Below, one piece after another: positions 27,284 through 39,347 of a stretch of DNA of 52,409 nt. Source of the DNA: Candidatus Eiseniibacteriota bacterium (GTDB lineage: Bacteria; Eisenbacteria; RBG-16-71-46). The translations under genes and the position numbers were made by a program. The notes beneath the pieces are model-generated. The model made no database searches. It saw only the letters and a list, made by a program, of their open reading frames with translations, and was not told the origin of the DNA. The stretch covers positions 1-52,409 of the forward strand of contig JANMQY010000029.1 in assembly GCA_031370785.1 (NCBI GenBank), written 5' to 3'. How positions within the stretch are numbered: position 1 is the stretch's first letter; each line of letters starts with the position of its first letter.

Positions 27284-29221
27284 CTAGGGCGAGCTCAGGT
27301 CGTTGACGTTGGACGGCGCGCGGGTGTCGCTGGCCACCGTGGTCGGCGAGATCACGTTGCTGACCGCCGACCAGTTGTTCACCTCGTCGCGGGTGCGGAT
27401 CGCGAAGTAGTAGGCGGTGTTCGGCATCAGCCCGAGCATCGCGTAGGTCTGCACCGTGCCCGGCACGACCGGGATGGGCTGCACCGAGACCGGGGTCGCG
27501 CTCGCGAAGTTTTCCGCAGTGATCGGCGAGGTCGAGCTGCGCAGGTCGTAGGCCGCCGCGACGCCCGAGGTGCCGTCGTCACCGGGCGCGGTCCACGACA
27601 GCAGTACGTTGTTATCGTTGACCTGGGCGGCGGTGAGATTGTTGATCGTGGCCGGCGGCGTCACGTCCGCCGCCCCTCCGGCGAAAGGGAACGCTCCGGC
27701 GTCCACGCCTCCCTGTCCGAGTCCGAGCGCGAGCGAGCCGGCGGTGATATGGGGGTTGAAGGTCTGGAACGCCGTACTCACGAACTTCGGGTCGCCGTAC
27801 CTGGAATTCACGTCGTTGCCGGTGGCGCTTGCCCAGCTGGTGCCAGGGCCGGGCGCGCTGCAGCTGCTCGAGGACCAGTAGAGCGACTGGTTGGCCGGCG
27901 TTACGCCGGCCTGAGCGGTGCGCGAGAAGAACAGGTTGTTGTTCTGGCTGAAGCCGGTCGTGTAGCCGAGGAACAGGACGGCCTTGCCGCTCAGGCACGG
28001 CCCGACCTGCTCGGTGTAGAAGATGTTCGAGTAGAACTGGTTTCCGCCGCCGCGCGGATCGCCCTCGAGCTTCACACTGGGGCCGGACCACGAAGCGAAC
28101 GTGCAGTTGCGGATGATGGTGTTCTTGATCGGCCCCAGGATGTAGAGCCCATACGAGTGCAACGAGGCGAACACGGTGCCTTCGATGATCGTCCCGTCCA
28201 TGATGTCCTGGTTGAAGACGTTGCCGGTCGTCAGGAAGAAGCAGTCCTTCCAGCGATTGCCGATGCACTGGCCAACCCACGGTGCGTTTCCGGCATTCAC
28301 CAGGCGTCCGCCGATGTCGTACCCGCTCTGCACGCCGCACATCATCGTGTCGCGCTCGAACAGATTGTGATGCGACGAGTCGCGCAGCGCGAAACCCGTG
28401 TACTGGTTGCCCAGCAGCGGGCCGTCCGCCTCGATACGCCAGCTATTGTCGCGGAAGGTGTTGTAATAGGAGTTGTAGATGTAGCGCCCCTGAACGTCGC
28501 CGCCGGTGGCGGCTGAGAAAAGGGCGTCGATGCGATTCCGCTCGACCACGCAGTACTGCGTGAAGCCGCGCATCTGGAATCCCTTGAGCTGGATGGTGCC
28601 GATATGAATCGTGTTGTTGAGCAAGGTATCCGCGATCGAGGCGACGTTCCCAGGCGGGATCGCATACCAGTTGTTCATCATGAACGAGACATTGCCGTTG
28701 ATGGTGGAATTCGAGACCGACGAGTTCTTGGCGCCGGCGAATCCACATCCGCCGGTGAGGGCCACGCACCAGGCGATCGAGTCGTACACCGCCTTGGCCG
28801 ACTCGCTCGTGTAGTAGAACGTGAAGCTGGCGCTCGACGTCACGCCCTTGACGCTGATGTACTGGCGCTCGAGCCAGATGTCCTTGACCGTGATCAGCGA
28901 AGGGGTGGAGAGGCTGCCGACGTAGCTGATGCGTTGGGTGTTGCTGGTACCGTTGCGCACCGGCTTGATGGGGTCGGTGTACACGCCGGGCGAGATGAAG
29001 ACCACATCGCCCGCATTGAGCGTGGTATTGGCCTTGGCAATCGTGCGCCATGGCGCGCCGCTCGAATTACCGGCGTTCGCGTCATTGCCGGTCGTCGCAA
29101 CGTAGTAGGTTCCTGCAAGCGCGGGCCCGGCGACCAGCGCGAGCGCAAAGCAGAGCGCCGCACCGCGCAGAAGCCGCCAGGGCGTGCGTGGTAAGAATTC
29201 GGTTCGAGTCCCTGAGCGCAT
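27284..29221 (-). CDS. Secreted right-handed beta-helix (pectate-lyase-like/DUF1565) protein with C-terminal FN3 domain
   Basis: Signal peptide; YYVATTGNDANAG...PWRTIAKA...AGD.V....GVY; Asn-rich helix repeats; GDPKFV; WTAPGDDG..YDLR...YYFAIRTRDE..NWS. Confidence 0.85.
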   Translation of the reverse strand: MRSGTRTEFLPRTPWRLLRGAALCFALALVAGPALAGTYYVATTGNDANAGNSSGAPWRTIAKANTTLNAGDVVFISPGVYTDPIKPVRNGTSNTQRISYVGSLSTPSLITVKDIWLERQYISVKGVTSSASFTFYYTSESAKAVYDSIAWCVALTGGCGFAGAKNSSVSNSTINGNVSFMMNNWYAIPPGNVASIADTLLNNTIHIGTIQLKGFQMRGFTQYCVVERNRIDALFSAATGGDVQGRYIYNSYYNTFRDNSWRIEADGPLLGNQYTGFALRDSSHHNLFERDTMMCGVQSGYDIGGRLVNAGNAPWVGQCIGNRWKDCFFLTTGNVFNQDIMDGTIIEGTVFASLHSYGLYILGPIKNTIIRNCTFASWSGPSVKLEGDPRGGGNQFYSNIFYTEQVGPCLSGKAVLFLGYTTGFSQNNNLFFSRTAQAGVTPANQSLYWSSSSCSAPGPGTSWASATGNDVNSRYGDPKFVSTAFQTFNPHITAGSLALGLGQGGVDAGAFPFAGGAADVTPPATINNLTAAQVNDNNVLLSWTAPGDDGTSGVAAAYDLRSSTSPITAENFASATPVSVQPIPVVPGTVQTYAMLGLMPNTAYYFAIRTRDEVNNWSAVSNVISPTTVASDTRAPSNVNDLSSP

Positions 29222-29578
29222 GAGTCCTCGCTGGGGCGCCGGCAAACTACGGCGGCGGGAAAGGGCAATGGTCGAGAGGGGCCGCGGTTTAATGCACCTG
29301 CTGTGCCGACGACGGAGGGGTAGCGCCGCTGCCCCAGCCGTAGCAAGGGGTTGGAAGCATAAACATCAGTCCGGACGAGTGTCCAGTCCGCGGCGGACCG
29401 GGCAGTTTTGGGTCGCTTTGTCGCTCGATGCATGTCATTACGATCAATCTGTCCACTGGCATCGTACCCCTGCCCGGGGGGGCAGGGTCCAGCGAGTCGG
29501 AGTGAACTTGACCCTGGCTTTTCGTCTGGACAGTATGCGGCGCTCTCGACCATATCCTTTGTCGCGCCCGGAGACCGA

Positions 29579-30907
29579 GTGAACGCACGGCTTTCCCGCT
29601 GGCTCTACTACCAGTTGCAGGAGATGCGGGGCGAGCCGGTGCGCCGCGTGATGCGCGAGCTGGAGAACAGCCAGCGCTGGCCATCCGAGCGGCTGCTCGA
29701 GCTTCAGTGGCAGCGCCAGCGCGCGCTCTTCCTCCACGCCTACGAGACCGTGCCCTTCTACCGCGAACGCTGGCGCGCGCTTGGGCTCACGCCGGATTCG
29801 CTGCGCGATCGCGCCGACTGGGATCTGCTGCCGGTGCTCGAGAAGCGCGATCTGCGCGAGAACGCCGACGCGCTGTGCTCGAGTGTTGCGCCGCGCGGGC
29901 TCAAGGCCACGACCTCGGGGTCTTCGGGCACGCCGATCGCGGTGCTGCGCAGCCACGCATCATGGGCGCACGCGCACGCCAACGTGTTCCGCGGATGGCA
30001 CTGGCATGGTCTCGAAGTCGGAGATCGCTACGCGTACTTCTGGGGCCTCGCGCTGGACGAATCCGGCCGCCGCCAGGCCCGGTTTCGCGACTGGACCTTC
30101 AATCGCGAGCGTCTCTCCGCATTCGAGATCACGCCCGAAAGGGCGCGCGAGTTCTACGCGCGACTGATGCGGCGCAGGCCGCGCTTCGCGTTCGGCTACC
30201 CCTCTGCGGTCACGCACTTCGCCGACGAGATCGCCGCGCAGCGGCTCGACGGGCGCGCGCTCGGGCTGCGCGCGGTGATCACCACCGCCGAAGTGCTCAA
30301 GGCCGAGCAGCGCGAGCGCCTCGCGCGAACGTTCGGGTGCGCGATCGTGGACAGCTACGGGTGCGCCGAGGCCGGCGTCACCGGCTTCCAGTGCGAGGAG
30401 GGGGGCATGCACGTGCCGGCCGAGTCGGTGGTGGTGGACCTCGTGCCGGCCGAGGGCGGCATGTTCGAAGTGCTGGTCACCGACCTGTTCAATTTCAGCG
30501 AGCCCGTGATCCGCTACCGGATCGGCGATCTGGTGGGCGCGCCTCCAGGCCCGTGCGCCTGCGGGCGGGGCCTGCCCCTGCTCGGTCCGATCCAGGGCCG
30601 GGTCGGCGAATTCCTCACGCTGCCCGACGGGCGCCGCATCAATGGACTCCTGCCCTATTACATCTTCAGGCCGCACGCGAAGAGTGGCGAGGTGCGCGAG
30701 TACCAGTTCGTAGAGTTCCCGGATGGCCACATCGAGCTGCGCGTGGTCCCCGGGGAGGCGTGGAGCGACGCGGCGCGCGGCCAGATCGAGGCCGAAGTCA
30801 CGGGCGGGCTCGGCGTGCCGATCGTACTGCGCACGGTCGAGCGCATCGCGCGCGTCGGTCGCGGCAAGCACCGGGACTTCGTGAAGGCGGCAGACCTCGG
30901 AGAGTAG
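29579..30907 (+). CDS. Phenylacetate-CoA ligase/CapK-like adenylate-forming enzyme
   Basis: GTG start; HAYETVPFYR, LPVLEK, TTSGSSGTP, GYPS, TTAEVL, DSYGCAE, IRYRIGD, CACGRGLP..IQGR. Confidence 0.88.
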   Translation: MNARLSRWLYYQLQEMRGEPVRRVMRELENSQRWPSERLLELQWQRQRALFLHAYETVPFYRERWRALGLTPDSLRDRADWDLLPVLEKRDLRENADALCSSVAPRGLKATTSGSSGTPIAVLRSHASWAHAHANVFRGWHWHGLEVGDRYAYFWGLALDESGRRQARFRDWTFNRERLSAFEITPERAREFYARLMRRRPRFAFGYPSAVTHFADEIAAQRLDGRALGLRAVITTAEVLKAEQRERLARTFGCAIVDSYGCAEAGVTGFQCEEGGMHVPAESVVVDLVPAEGGMFEVLVTDLFNFSEPVIRYRIGDLVGAPPGPCACGRGLPLLGPIQGRVGEFLTLPDGRRINGLLPYYIFRPHAKSGEVREYQFVEFPDGHIELRVVPGEAWSDAARGQIEAEVTGGLGVPIVLRTVERIARVGRGKHRDFVKAADLGE

Positions 30908-30941
30908 TGCGAGCCCAGGGCGTGGCGCCGACCCCGCCCTG

Positions 30942-33554
<2,613 letters not shown>

Positions 33555-33640
33555 GGCCCTCGCTCTCGGGAAGTATCAACCGGGCAATGAGGCTAGCACA
33601 CGCTCGGAACGTTGCCAGCAGTACGATGGGGTCAGTAATG

Positions 33641-33666
33641 ACAAAGGCCGGCGCGATGCGCCGGCC
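33641..33666 (-). terminator. Intrinsic terminator candidate after the 33688-35061 gene
   Basis: GGCCGGCGC-ATC-GCGCCGGCC followed by TTTGT on the minus strand. Confidence 0.5.
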
Positions 33667-33687
33667 GGGTGAAATATCCGGCAGGTC

Positions 33688-35061
33688 CTACGCGGCGTCC
33701 TCGAGGTAGGGCAGCAACAGCGGCAGGACGCGCCGGGCGACGGCCGGGTACTCCATGATGAAGCCGACGGCTTCACGCATGGCCTTCCAGGTCAGATCGT
33801 GGCGGTCGAAGTGGTGCGCCAGGTCGAGCAGCGCGGCCCGCGCGCGCGGACGATGGCCTTCGGGCACGCCCATCGCGGCGATCTCGGTGGCGATCGCCAG
33901 CACCGCGGTGCCGGCGGCGGAGTGGACCTGAGCGGGAGCCGGGGCGGCCGCCTGCCTGCGCTTGACCGGGCGGCCCTTCGAGCGGAACACCGGCGAATTG
34001 CCGAGGAACTCCTCGGTCTCGTTTCCCTCGGAAGCGTCCTCGGAGGCGTTGTCCATCTCGAGCGCGGATTCGAGCGCGAACTGGAGCGATGACTCGTTTG
34101 CCTCGACCTCGGCATCTCTTTCCGACTGCGTGTCGGGATCGAGCTCCTCTGGGGGCGGAGGAGTATGCGAGACGCGCGACTTCTCGCCGCGCGGTGCAGC
34201 GGGCGTCGGGCGTTCGGGCGCGCGTCTTTCGGATTCGTCCTCCGCCTTCGGGGTCTGCGCTGCGGGCGGTTCGAGCCGGTGCTCGCGCGGAAGGCTCGAC
34301 TCGGATCGCGCGAGCGGGCGCGTACCGGGCATCGGCCGCGACGGATGCGAAGGCGCGCGGGCGGGCGGCCCGGCAGCAGGCGGCGGAGCCGCAAGCGACT
34401 CGCCCTCGTCACCGAAGCCGAGCATGTCCTTCAGGTGTCCCTTGCCACCGTTCTTCTTGTGCGGCTTTCCGCCACTCTTGTTCGGGCGCGTGCTTTCCCT
34501 GGTCTGGTGTTCCTGCGGCGAACGGTCCGGCTGTGTCTCAGGGCGGGACGCTTCCGTCAGGCGAGTCGGACGGGCGGGCGTGGCATCGGGGCCCGGGCGG
34601 GCGGCCCTGGAGACGCTGCTCGGCGGGCTCACGAGCGGAATGGTGTTCCCTTCGTAGTCGGGAATCGACTCCGAGTCCTCGCGTGGCGGCTCGCTGATGT
34701 CGTATTCGAGACGCGCCGGGCGGGACTCTCCGGAATGCTCCGGAATGCCGCTCTCCGCGACCTCGTCGATGAGCATCCGGATCAGGTTCGCGGCTTCGGC
34801 GGCGCCGCGCTCGAACCACTCGCGCGTCATCTTGCTGTCGGCGCGCGTCGAGGGCGGCGTGAACGGAATGCGGCGGAAGCGCTCGGAGCGCACATCGTCG
34901 CCCGACCACAGGCGCTGGAACAGCGTGAGCGTGCTCTGCCGCCACTCCTTGAAGTTGGCGTCGCGGAGGTTTGCGTTACGAAGTGCGTTGATCTGTTCGA
35001 GCGACTGCTCGAGAAGCTCCTGGGCGCGGGCGACGAGGTTGGGATCGGTCACCGGGCACAC
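33688..35061 (-). CDS. Hypothetical protein: helical ends joined by a long Pro/Glu/Arg-rich disordered linker
   Basis: 457-aa ORF with GAGG RBS region, co-oriented with its neighbours. Confidence 0.75.
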   Translation of the reverse strand: MCPVTDPNLVARAQELLEQSLEQINALRNANLRDANFKEWRQSTLTLFQRLWSGDDVRSERFRRIPFTPPSTRADSKMTREWFERGAAEAANLIRMLIDEVAESGIPEHSGESRPARLEYDISEPPREDSESIPDYEGNTIPLVSPPSSVSRAARPGPDATPARPTRLTEASRPETQPDRSPQEHQTRESTRPNKSGGKPHKKNGGKGHLKDMLGFGDEGESLAAPPPAAGPPARAPSHPSRPMPGTRPLARSESSLPREHRLEPPAAQTPKAEDESERRAPERPTPAAPRGEKSRVSHTPPPPEELDPDTQSERDAEVEANESSLQFALESALEMDNASEDASEGNETEEFLGNSPVFRSKGRPVKRRQAAAPAPAQVHSAAGTAVLAIATEIAAMGVPEGHRPRARAALLDLAHHFDRHDLTWKAMREAVGFIMEYPAVARRVLPLLLPYLEDAA

Positions 35062-35082
35062 TCCGCCTCAGCGAGAGCCCGC

Positions 35083-35691
35083 CTACCAGTCGGAGAAGCG
35101 CTCTTCCTTCCAGGGATCGGCTTCGTTGTTGTAGCCGTTCTGCTCCCAGAAGCCGGGTCGGTCGTGGTCCACGAGCTCGAGCGCACGAATCCACTTGGCG
35201 CTCTTCCAGAAATAACGCTGCGGGACGACCAGCCTGAGAGGCCAGCCGTGCTCGGGCGTGAGGTCCACCCCGTCATGTTTGTCCGCGAGGAGCACATCAT
35301 CGTGGGTCAGCTCCGACAGCGGCAGGTTGGCGGTGAAGCCCTGTTCGGCGTGTGCGATCACGAACGCCGCATTCGGCTTCACTCCCACCCGCCCGAGAAT
35401 CTCCCGGACCGAAACGCCCTGCCAGACGTTGTCGTAGCGACTCCAGCGCGTGACGCAGTGGATGTCGCTGCGCGATTCGATCCGCGGCAGTGTGTGGAAC
35501 TCGTCCCAGCTCCAGCGCTGCGGCTTCTCCACGAGGCCGTAAACCTTGAGATCCCACGTGGAGAGGTCGACCTTTGGAACCGAGCCGTAGTGCAACACCG
35601 GCCACTTTTCGGTCAGCACCTGCCCGGGCGGGAGCCTTCGCTCGCGCTTCGGGCTGTCCGTGCTATCGGCACGTCGTGACGGTGAGTTCAT
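35083..35691 (-). CDS. Sulfite-oxidase-like molybdopterin oxidoreductase (cytoplasmic YuiH-like)
   Basis: RLPPGQ..TEKWPVLHYG, DIHCVTRWS (Mo-ligand Cys), EHGWPLRLVVP.RYFWKSAKW, GFWEQNGY. Confidence 0.92.
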   Translation of the reverse strand: MNSPSRRADSTDSPKRERRLPPGQVLTEKWPVLHYGSVPKVDLSTWDLKVYGLVEKPQRWSWDEFHTLPRIESRSDIHCVTRWSRYDNVWQGVSVREILGRVGVKPNAAFVIAHAEQGFTANLPLSELTHDDVLLADKHDGVDLTPEHGWPLRLVVPQRYFWKSAKWIRALELVDHDRPGFWEQNGYNNEADPWKEERFSDW

Positions 35692-35723
35692 TGCAAATCC
35701 GGGTGCCGGGTGGGAGGCGAGGC

Positions 35724-35758
35724 CGGCCGGGAGCCCGCCCGAAGGCGACTCCCGGCCG
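35724..35758. other. Intergenic stem-loop between TonB receptor and oxidoreductase
   Basis: CGGCCGGGAG...CTCCCGGCCG 10-bp stem with inner GCC-CGAA-GGC. Confidence 0.5.
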
Positions 35759-35791
35759 ATCGTGCCGAGCTTCGATATCCTGCTGCCGGGC

Positions 35792-38038
35792 CTAGAAAGA
35801 GGTGGAAAGGCTTCCCACCAGCGAGATTCCCGGATCGTCCACCGAGGCCAGCGGCTGCCGGTATGGAGTGTCGGTGAAGTTTCGCACCCCGACCACGATC
35901 CGCTGGCCGGTCCCGAAGCGTGCCCCCGCGAACACGTCGCCCACGATCCACTCCGACTTGAAGGCGCCGATCTGGGGGACGCCCGGGGTGGGCAAAGGCA
36001 GGCGGTTCGTGCGCCATGAGTAGCGCGCGCCGGGTTCGATCCAGAAGCGACCCTTCGAGTCGGTCCAGCGCAGCGCGAGCGTCCCCTTGAACGGCGGCAC
36101 GTTGGGCAGCGCCGCCCGATCCATCCCCTGCACCCCGTACAGCTTCTCGATCGCCTCGGCGCTGGTGATGTCGCCGACCGTGCCGCTCACCATTGCGCGC
36201 GCGGTCCAGTGCTGGAGGAATGAGTACTCGGCCTCGGCCTCGCCGCCCCAGATGACGGCGTCCGAGATGTTCACGTACTGGTAGGTTGCGGGAGCTCCCG
36301 GAGCGGGCGGCGCCGCGACCCGGATCGCGTCGATCAGATCCCGATACGTCGAGTAGTAGAGGTTGCCGGAGAACGCGAGCGCGCCCGGCCCCCAGCGAAG
36401 CCCGAGGTCGCCCGAGACGCTCTTCTCCGGCTTGAGCGATTGATTGCCGATCACGGTGCCGACCGAGGCCGGGCCGTTGAAGAACAGGTCCTGCGCGTTC
36501 GGCTGCCGGTAGCCGTTTGCAACGTTGGCGGTCAGGTGCAGATCGCGCGCCGGAGAGAACACCGCGCCGATGGATCCCGACAGCGCGTCGTTGTTCGCCG
36601 AGTACGCCGGGAACTGCCGCGTGGTCGAGTTCACGCCGACGTCGGTGCGATAGCGGTAGTGCGTATAGCGTCCGCCCGCGTTGAAGGTCCAGCGCTCGCC
36701 TGCATGGAGCTCGGACTGCACGAACCCGGCGTAGTTGTCGAAGCGACCGTCAGGCACCGAGGCGGTGACCTGCACGCTGGTCGGGCCGAGCGACGTGTTC
36801 GACGCGTCCTCGTAATGCTGATGGCGCACGTTGTCGCCGTCGGTCATGTCGCGGGCCGCGTCGAGCCCGGCGGTCAGCAGGTAGCGCTCGGTCTTGCGCG
36901 AGGTGGCCTGTAGCTGCAGGCCGGTGGTCCCGAGGTTGAAGTAGCGGTCCTGGTTGCGCACCCGGTGGTCGGTGCCAGGCGGATAGCCGGGAGGCAGGTA
37001 CGCGGTGCCCGCGCTTTCGTTCGAATAGAAGTCGCGATGCTCGCGCTGCCAGTAGGCCTTGATCTGGGAGGAGGCGATCCACGAGTTCTCGTTCTGCTTC
37101 TCGAGCGCAACGTGCACTTCGTCACGCTCGTAGAAGCTGAACTGGAAGTCCTGGCTGAAGCCGGGAATCGAGAACGACAGCCCCGGGATCCCGATGTCGC
37201 GCCCGCGATACAACTGGTAGCCGGTCTTGAGTGCGAGTTGCGGAGTGAACGCGTAGCGCAGATTCGCGAGCGCGTTGTAGTCGTGGAATCCCGAATTGGG
37301 CACGGTGCCGGTCGGCGAGCGGAAGTCCTCGGCCCTGCGCCCGCCGCTCGAAACGTACGCCGAGAACTTGCCGATCCGCGGCATCAGCTCGAGGTAGGCG
37401 GTGCGCTCCTTCTCGGCCGAGCTGCCGCCAATGGTGGCCGCGCCACCGAGTCCGGTCGTGCCGTCGGCGGGCGGCGCCTGGCGCGTGATGATGTTGATCA
37501 CGCCACCGAGCGCGTCCGAGCCGTAGGCGACCGACGAAGGTCCGCGCACCACCTCGACGCGCTCGACCTGCGAAGCGTCGACCAGCGAAGGATGCGGGCC
37601 GTTGCCACGCGCGCTGTTCATCGGGAAGCCGTCCACCAGCACGAGCACGCGCTGGCCCGAGAGTCCGCGCAGCACCGGGCGCTCTTCCCACGGGCTGTCC
37701 TTGCTGTTGTCCACGCCCGGCAGCCCGGTCAGCGCGTCCCCGAGCACGGTCGGCACCTGTTCGAGCAATCGGGTGCGGGTGAGGAAGGAGAGCGCCTGAG
37801 GCGACTCGTAGTAGGCGCGCGGGTAGCGCGCGCCGGTCACCACCGTCTCTTCGAAAAACTTGACCGGCTTCGTGCTGTCGGCGAACGCCGAAGACTGCTT
37901 CGCCGGTTCATCCGCCGCCCACGTCCCCGCCGGAAGCGCGGTCGTGGATGCGAGCGTCAGGACCGCCGCCGCGATCGAAATCAATCGACCGCCTGCATGG
38001 GCGCTCCGGGCGCTCGCAGAAGTGCGGATCAGTTGCAT
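35792..38038 (-). CDS. TonB-dependent outer-membrane receptor
   Basis: Signal peptide; TonB box ETVVTG; plug LRGL...RVLVLVDG, VERVEVVRGPSSVAYGSDALGGVINIIT; YRQP..LKPEKS; C-terminal Phe. Confidence 0.95.
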   Translation of the reverse strand: MQLIRTSASARSAHAGGRLISIAAAVLTLASTTALPAGTWAADEPAKQSSAFADSTKPVKFFEETVVTGARYPRAYYESPQALSFLTRTRLLEQVPTVLGDALTGLPGVDNSKDSPWEERPVLRGLSGQRVLVLVDGFPMNSARGNGPHPSLVDASQVERVEVVRGPSSVAYGSDALGGVINIITRQAPPADGTTGLGGAATIGGSSAEKERTAYLELMPRIGKFSAYVSSGGRRAEDFRSPTGTVPNSGFHDYNALANLRYAFTPQLALKTGYQLYRGRDIGIPGLSFSIPGFSQDFQFSFYERDEVHVALEKQNENSWIASSQIKAYWQREHRDFYSNESAGTAYLPPGYPPGTDHRVRNQDRYFNLGTTGLQLQATSRKTERYLLTAGLDAARDMTDGDNVRHQHYEDASNTSLGPTSVQVTASVPDGRFDNYAGFVQSELHAGERWTFNAGGRYTHYRYRTDVGVNSTTRQFPAYSANNDALSGSIGAVFSPARDLHLTANVANGYRQPNAQDLFFNGPASVGTVIGNQSLKPEKSVSGDLGLRWGPGALAFSGNLYYSTYRDLIDAIRVAAPPAPGAPATYQYVNISDAVIWGGEAEAEYSFLQHWTARAMVSGTVGDITSAEAIEKLYGVQGMDRAALPNVPPFKGTLALRWTDSKGRFWIEPGARYSWRTNRLPLPTPGVPQIGAFKSEWIVGDVFAGARFGTGQRIVVGVRNFTDTPYRQPLASVDDPGISLVGSLSTSF

Positions 38039-38264
38039 GTGACTCTTTCCTCCTGGAAGGTGCGGGGAACGGCGCCCCGCGCTCGCCCCGGCTCACAGCG
38101 CGTGAGCCGGATCACAATCTTTCTCTTCGCTCGACGCCGCGCTCATATGCGCTGTCCCAGGCCCCTGGAAAGCAGGCCGATCGCGCGAACGGTGGGCATG
38201 ACGGACGGGTGAGACTCGGGCCTGGGAGCGCGGAAGGCCCTCGACTGGCTCCGAAAACGGGCAA

Positions 38265-38293
38265 GGGTTACCAACGGTGCCCGGAGGTGTCAA
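38265..38293 (-). promoter_or_regulatory. Possible sigma70 promoter of the TonB receptor
   Basis: TTGACA-17 nt-TAACCC with TG extension; implies a ~220-nt leader. Confidence 0.45.
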
Positions 38294-38307
38294 GGCCCCG
38301 CCCCGCC

Positions 38308-38336
38308 TTGCGGGGCGCCGGCACGGTCGCTAGAGT
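38308..38336 (+). promoter_or_regulatory. Possible divergent sigma70 promoter
   Basis: TTGCGG-17 nt-TAGAGT upstream of 38416. Confidence 0.4.
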
Positions 38337-38415
38337 CCGCGGCACTCCTGCCCCTCACCCTGGTCCCGAGGCCCTTGCGCGGCCCTTCCGGCGCCCGGCG
38401 CCCGAGACGAGCCCC

Positions 38416-38835
38416 ATGTCGATCCCGCCGTTCAGCATCTTCTCCGCAATCAGCGAGCTGTTCGTGACCGCGGGCGTCTTCTTCATCATTCGTCGCAACT
38501 GGACGAGGCGCACGTTTCCGCTCGGCATCTTCCTCGCGGTCGCGCTGTTCGAAGCGCTGGTCAACGTGATGTACATGGCCAACCGCGCCGCGCAGGCAGC
38601 AAGCGGCGCCCACGTGATCGCGCCCGGACTGCGTCTGTTCTACGCGCTTCACGGCATGCTCTCGCTGATCGCCTATCTCGTGTTCGTGATCCTCGGTGTG
38701 TTCGCGTATCAGGATCAGCGCGAGGGGCGCTTCTGGTTCCGCGAACGGCCGGCGCTCACCTGGACGTTCCTCGTGCTGTGGACGATCAGCATCGTCTCGG
38801 GCGAGATCATCTTCGCCGTGCGCTACCTGCTCTGA
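38416..38835 (+). CDS. 4-TM membrane protein (DUF420-like)
   Basis: Start MSIPPFSIF; four hydrophobic segments; LHGMLS His; W.ISIVSG. Confidence 0.7.
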   Translation: MSIPPFSIFSAISELFVTAGVFFIIRRNWTRRTFPLGIFLAVALFEALVNVMYMANRAAQAASGAHVIAPGLRLFYALHGMLSLIAYLVFVILGVFAYQDQREGRFWFRERPALTWTFLVLWTISIVSGEIIFAVRYLL

Positions 38836-39347
38836 GCCGCGCGCCTTCCCGCCCGACAGCGCCCGGCGCCGAACACCCGCGTGCGCGGCGCCTGCGTGCG
38901 CCGCTGCTGGTCACGCTCTGGATGCTGCTCGCGGTCGAAGCGCTCGGCGGCCTCGTGATCTTCTTCGCGCGACTCGCATGGGGCGTGATCCCCGGGGAAA
39001 CGCTGCACGTGATCGGCGGCGTCGCGCTCACGGTCGCGTACGCGATCTACCAGTGGCAGCACTGGTCGCGGGTCGCGCCGTTCCGCGCCCGGCTCGACTA
39101 CGCTCTCGGACTGATCGCCGCGGTCTTCATGGCGGCCACCAACCTCACCGGCCTGTGGCTCGGTGCGCTGTGGTGGCACGTGCGCATTTCCGAAGCGAGC
39201 GGCGAGGCGGTGCGCTATCCGTCAGCGCTGTCGGCCGCGCACAACATCGGCAGCATGGTCGTGCTCACGTTCGTCGGCGCGCATCTCGGCGCGGTGCTGA
39301 CCCGCGACGCCCGCGCAGGTCGCGAGCCACGCGCGGCCGATCCCTAG
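38832..39347 (+). CDS. 4-TM His-containing membrane protein (cytochrome-b/DUF4405-like)
   Basis: LHVIGG...QHW and AHNIGS...AHL His pairs. Start uncertain: CTG at 38832 overlapping the upstream stop, or ATG at 38922. Confidence 0.6.
   Translation: MSRAPSRPTAPGAEHPRARRLRAPLLVTLWMLLAVEALGGLVIFFARLAWGVIPGETLHVIGGVALTVAYAIYQWQHWSRVAPFRARLDYALGLIAAVFMAATNLTGLWLGALWWHVRISEASGEAVRYPSALSAAHNIGSMVVLTFVGAHLGAVLTRDARAGREPRAADP

Noticed and set aside
29222..29578. c-di-GMP riboswitch or hammerhead ribozyme in the divergent spacer
   Set aside because: Only isolated words (GGCAAAC; CTGATG on the minus strand) without the required paired elements.
33593..33620. CIRCE (HrcA) operator upstream of clpB: CTAGCACAC...GTTGCCAG
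   Set aside because: The right arm is poor and spacing is one base off TTAGCACTC-N9-GAGTGCTAA.
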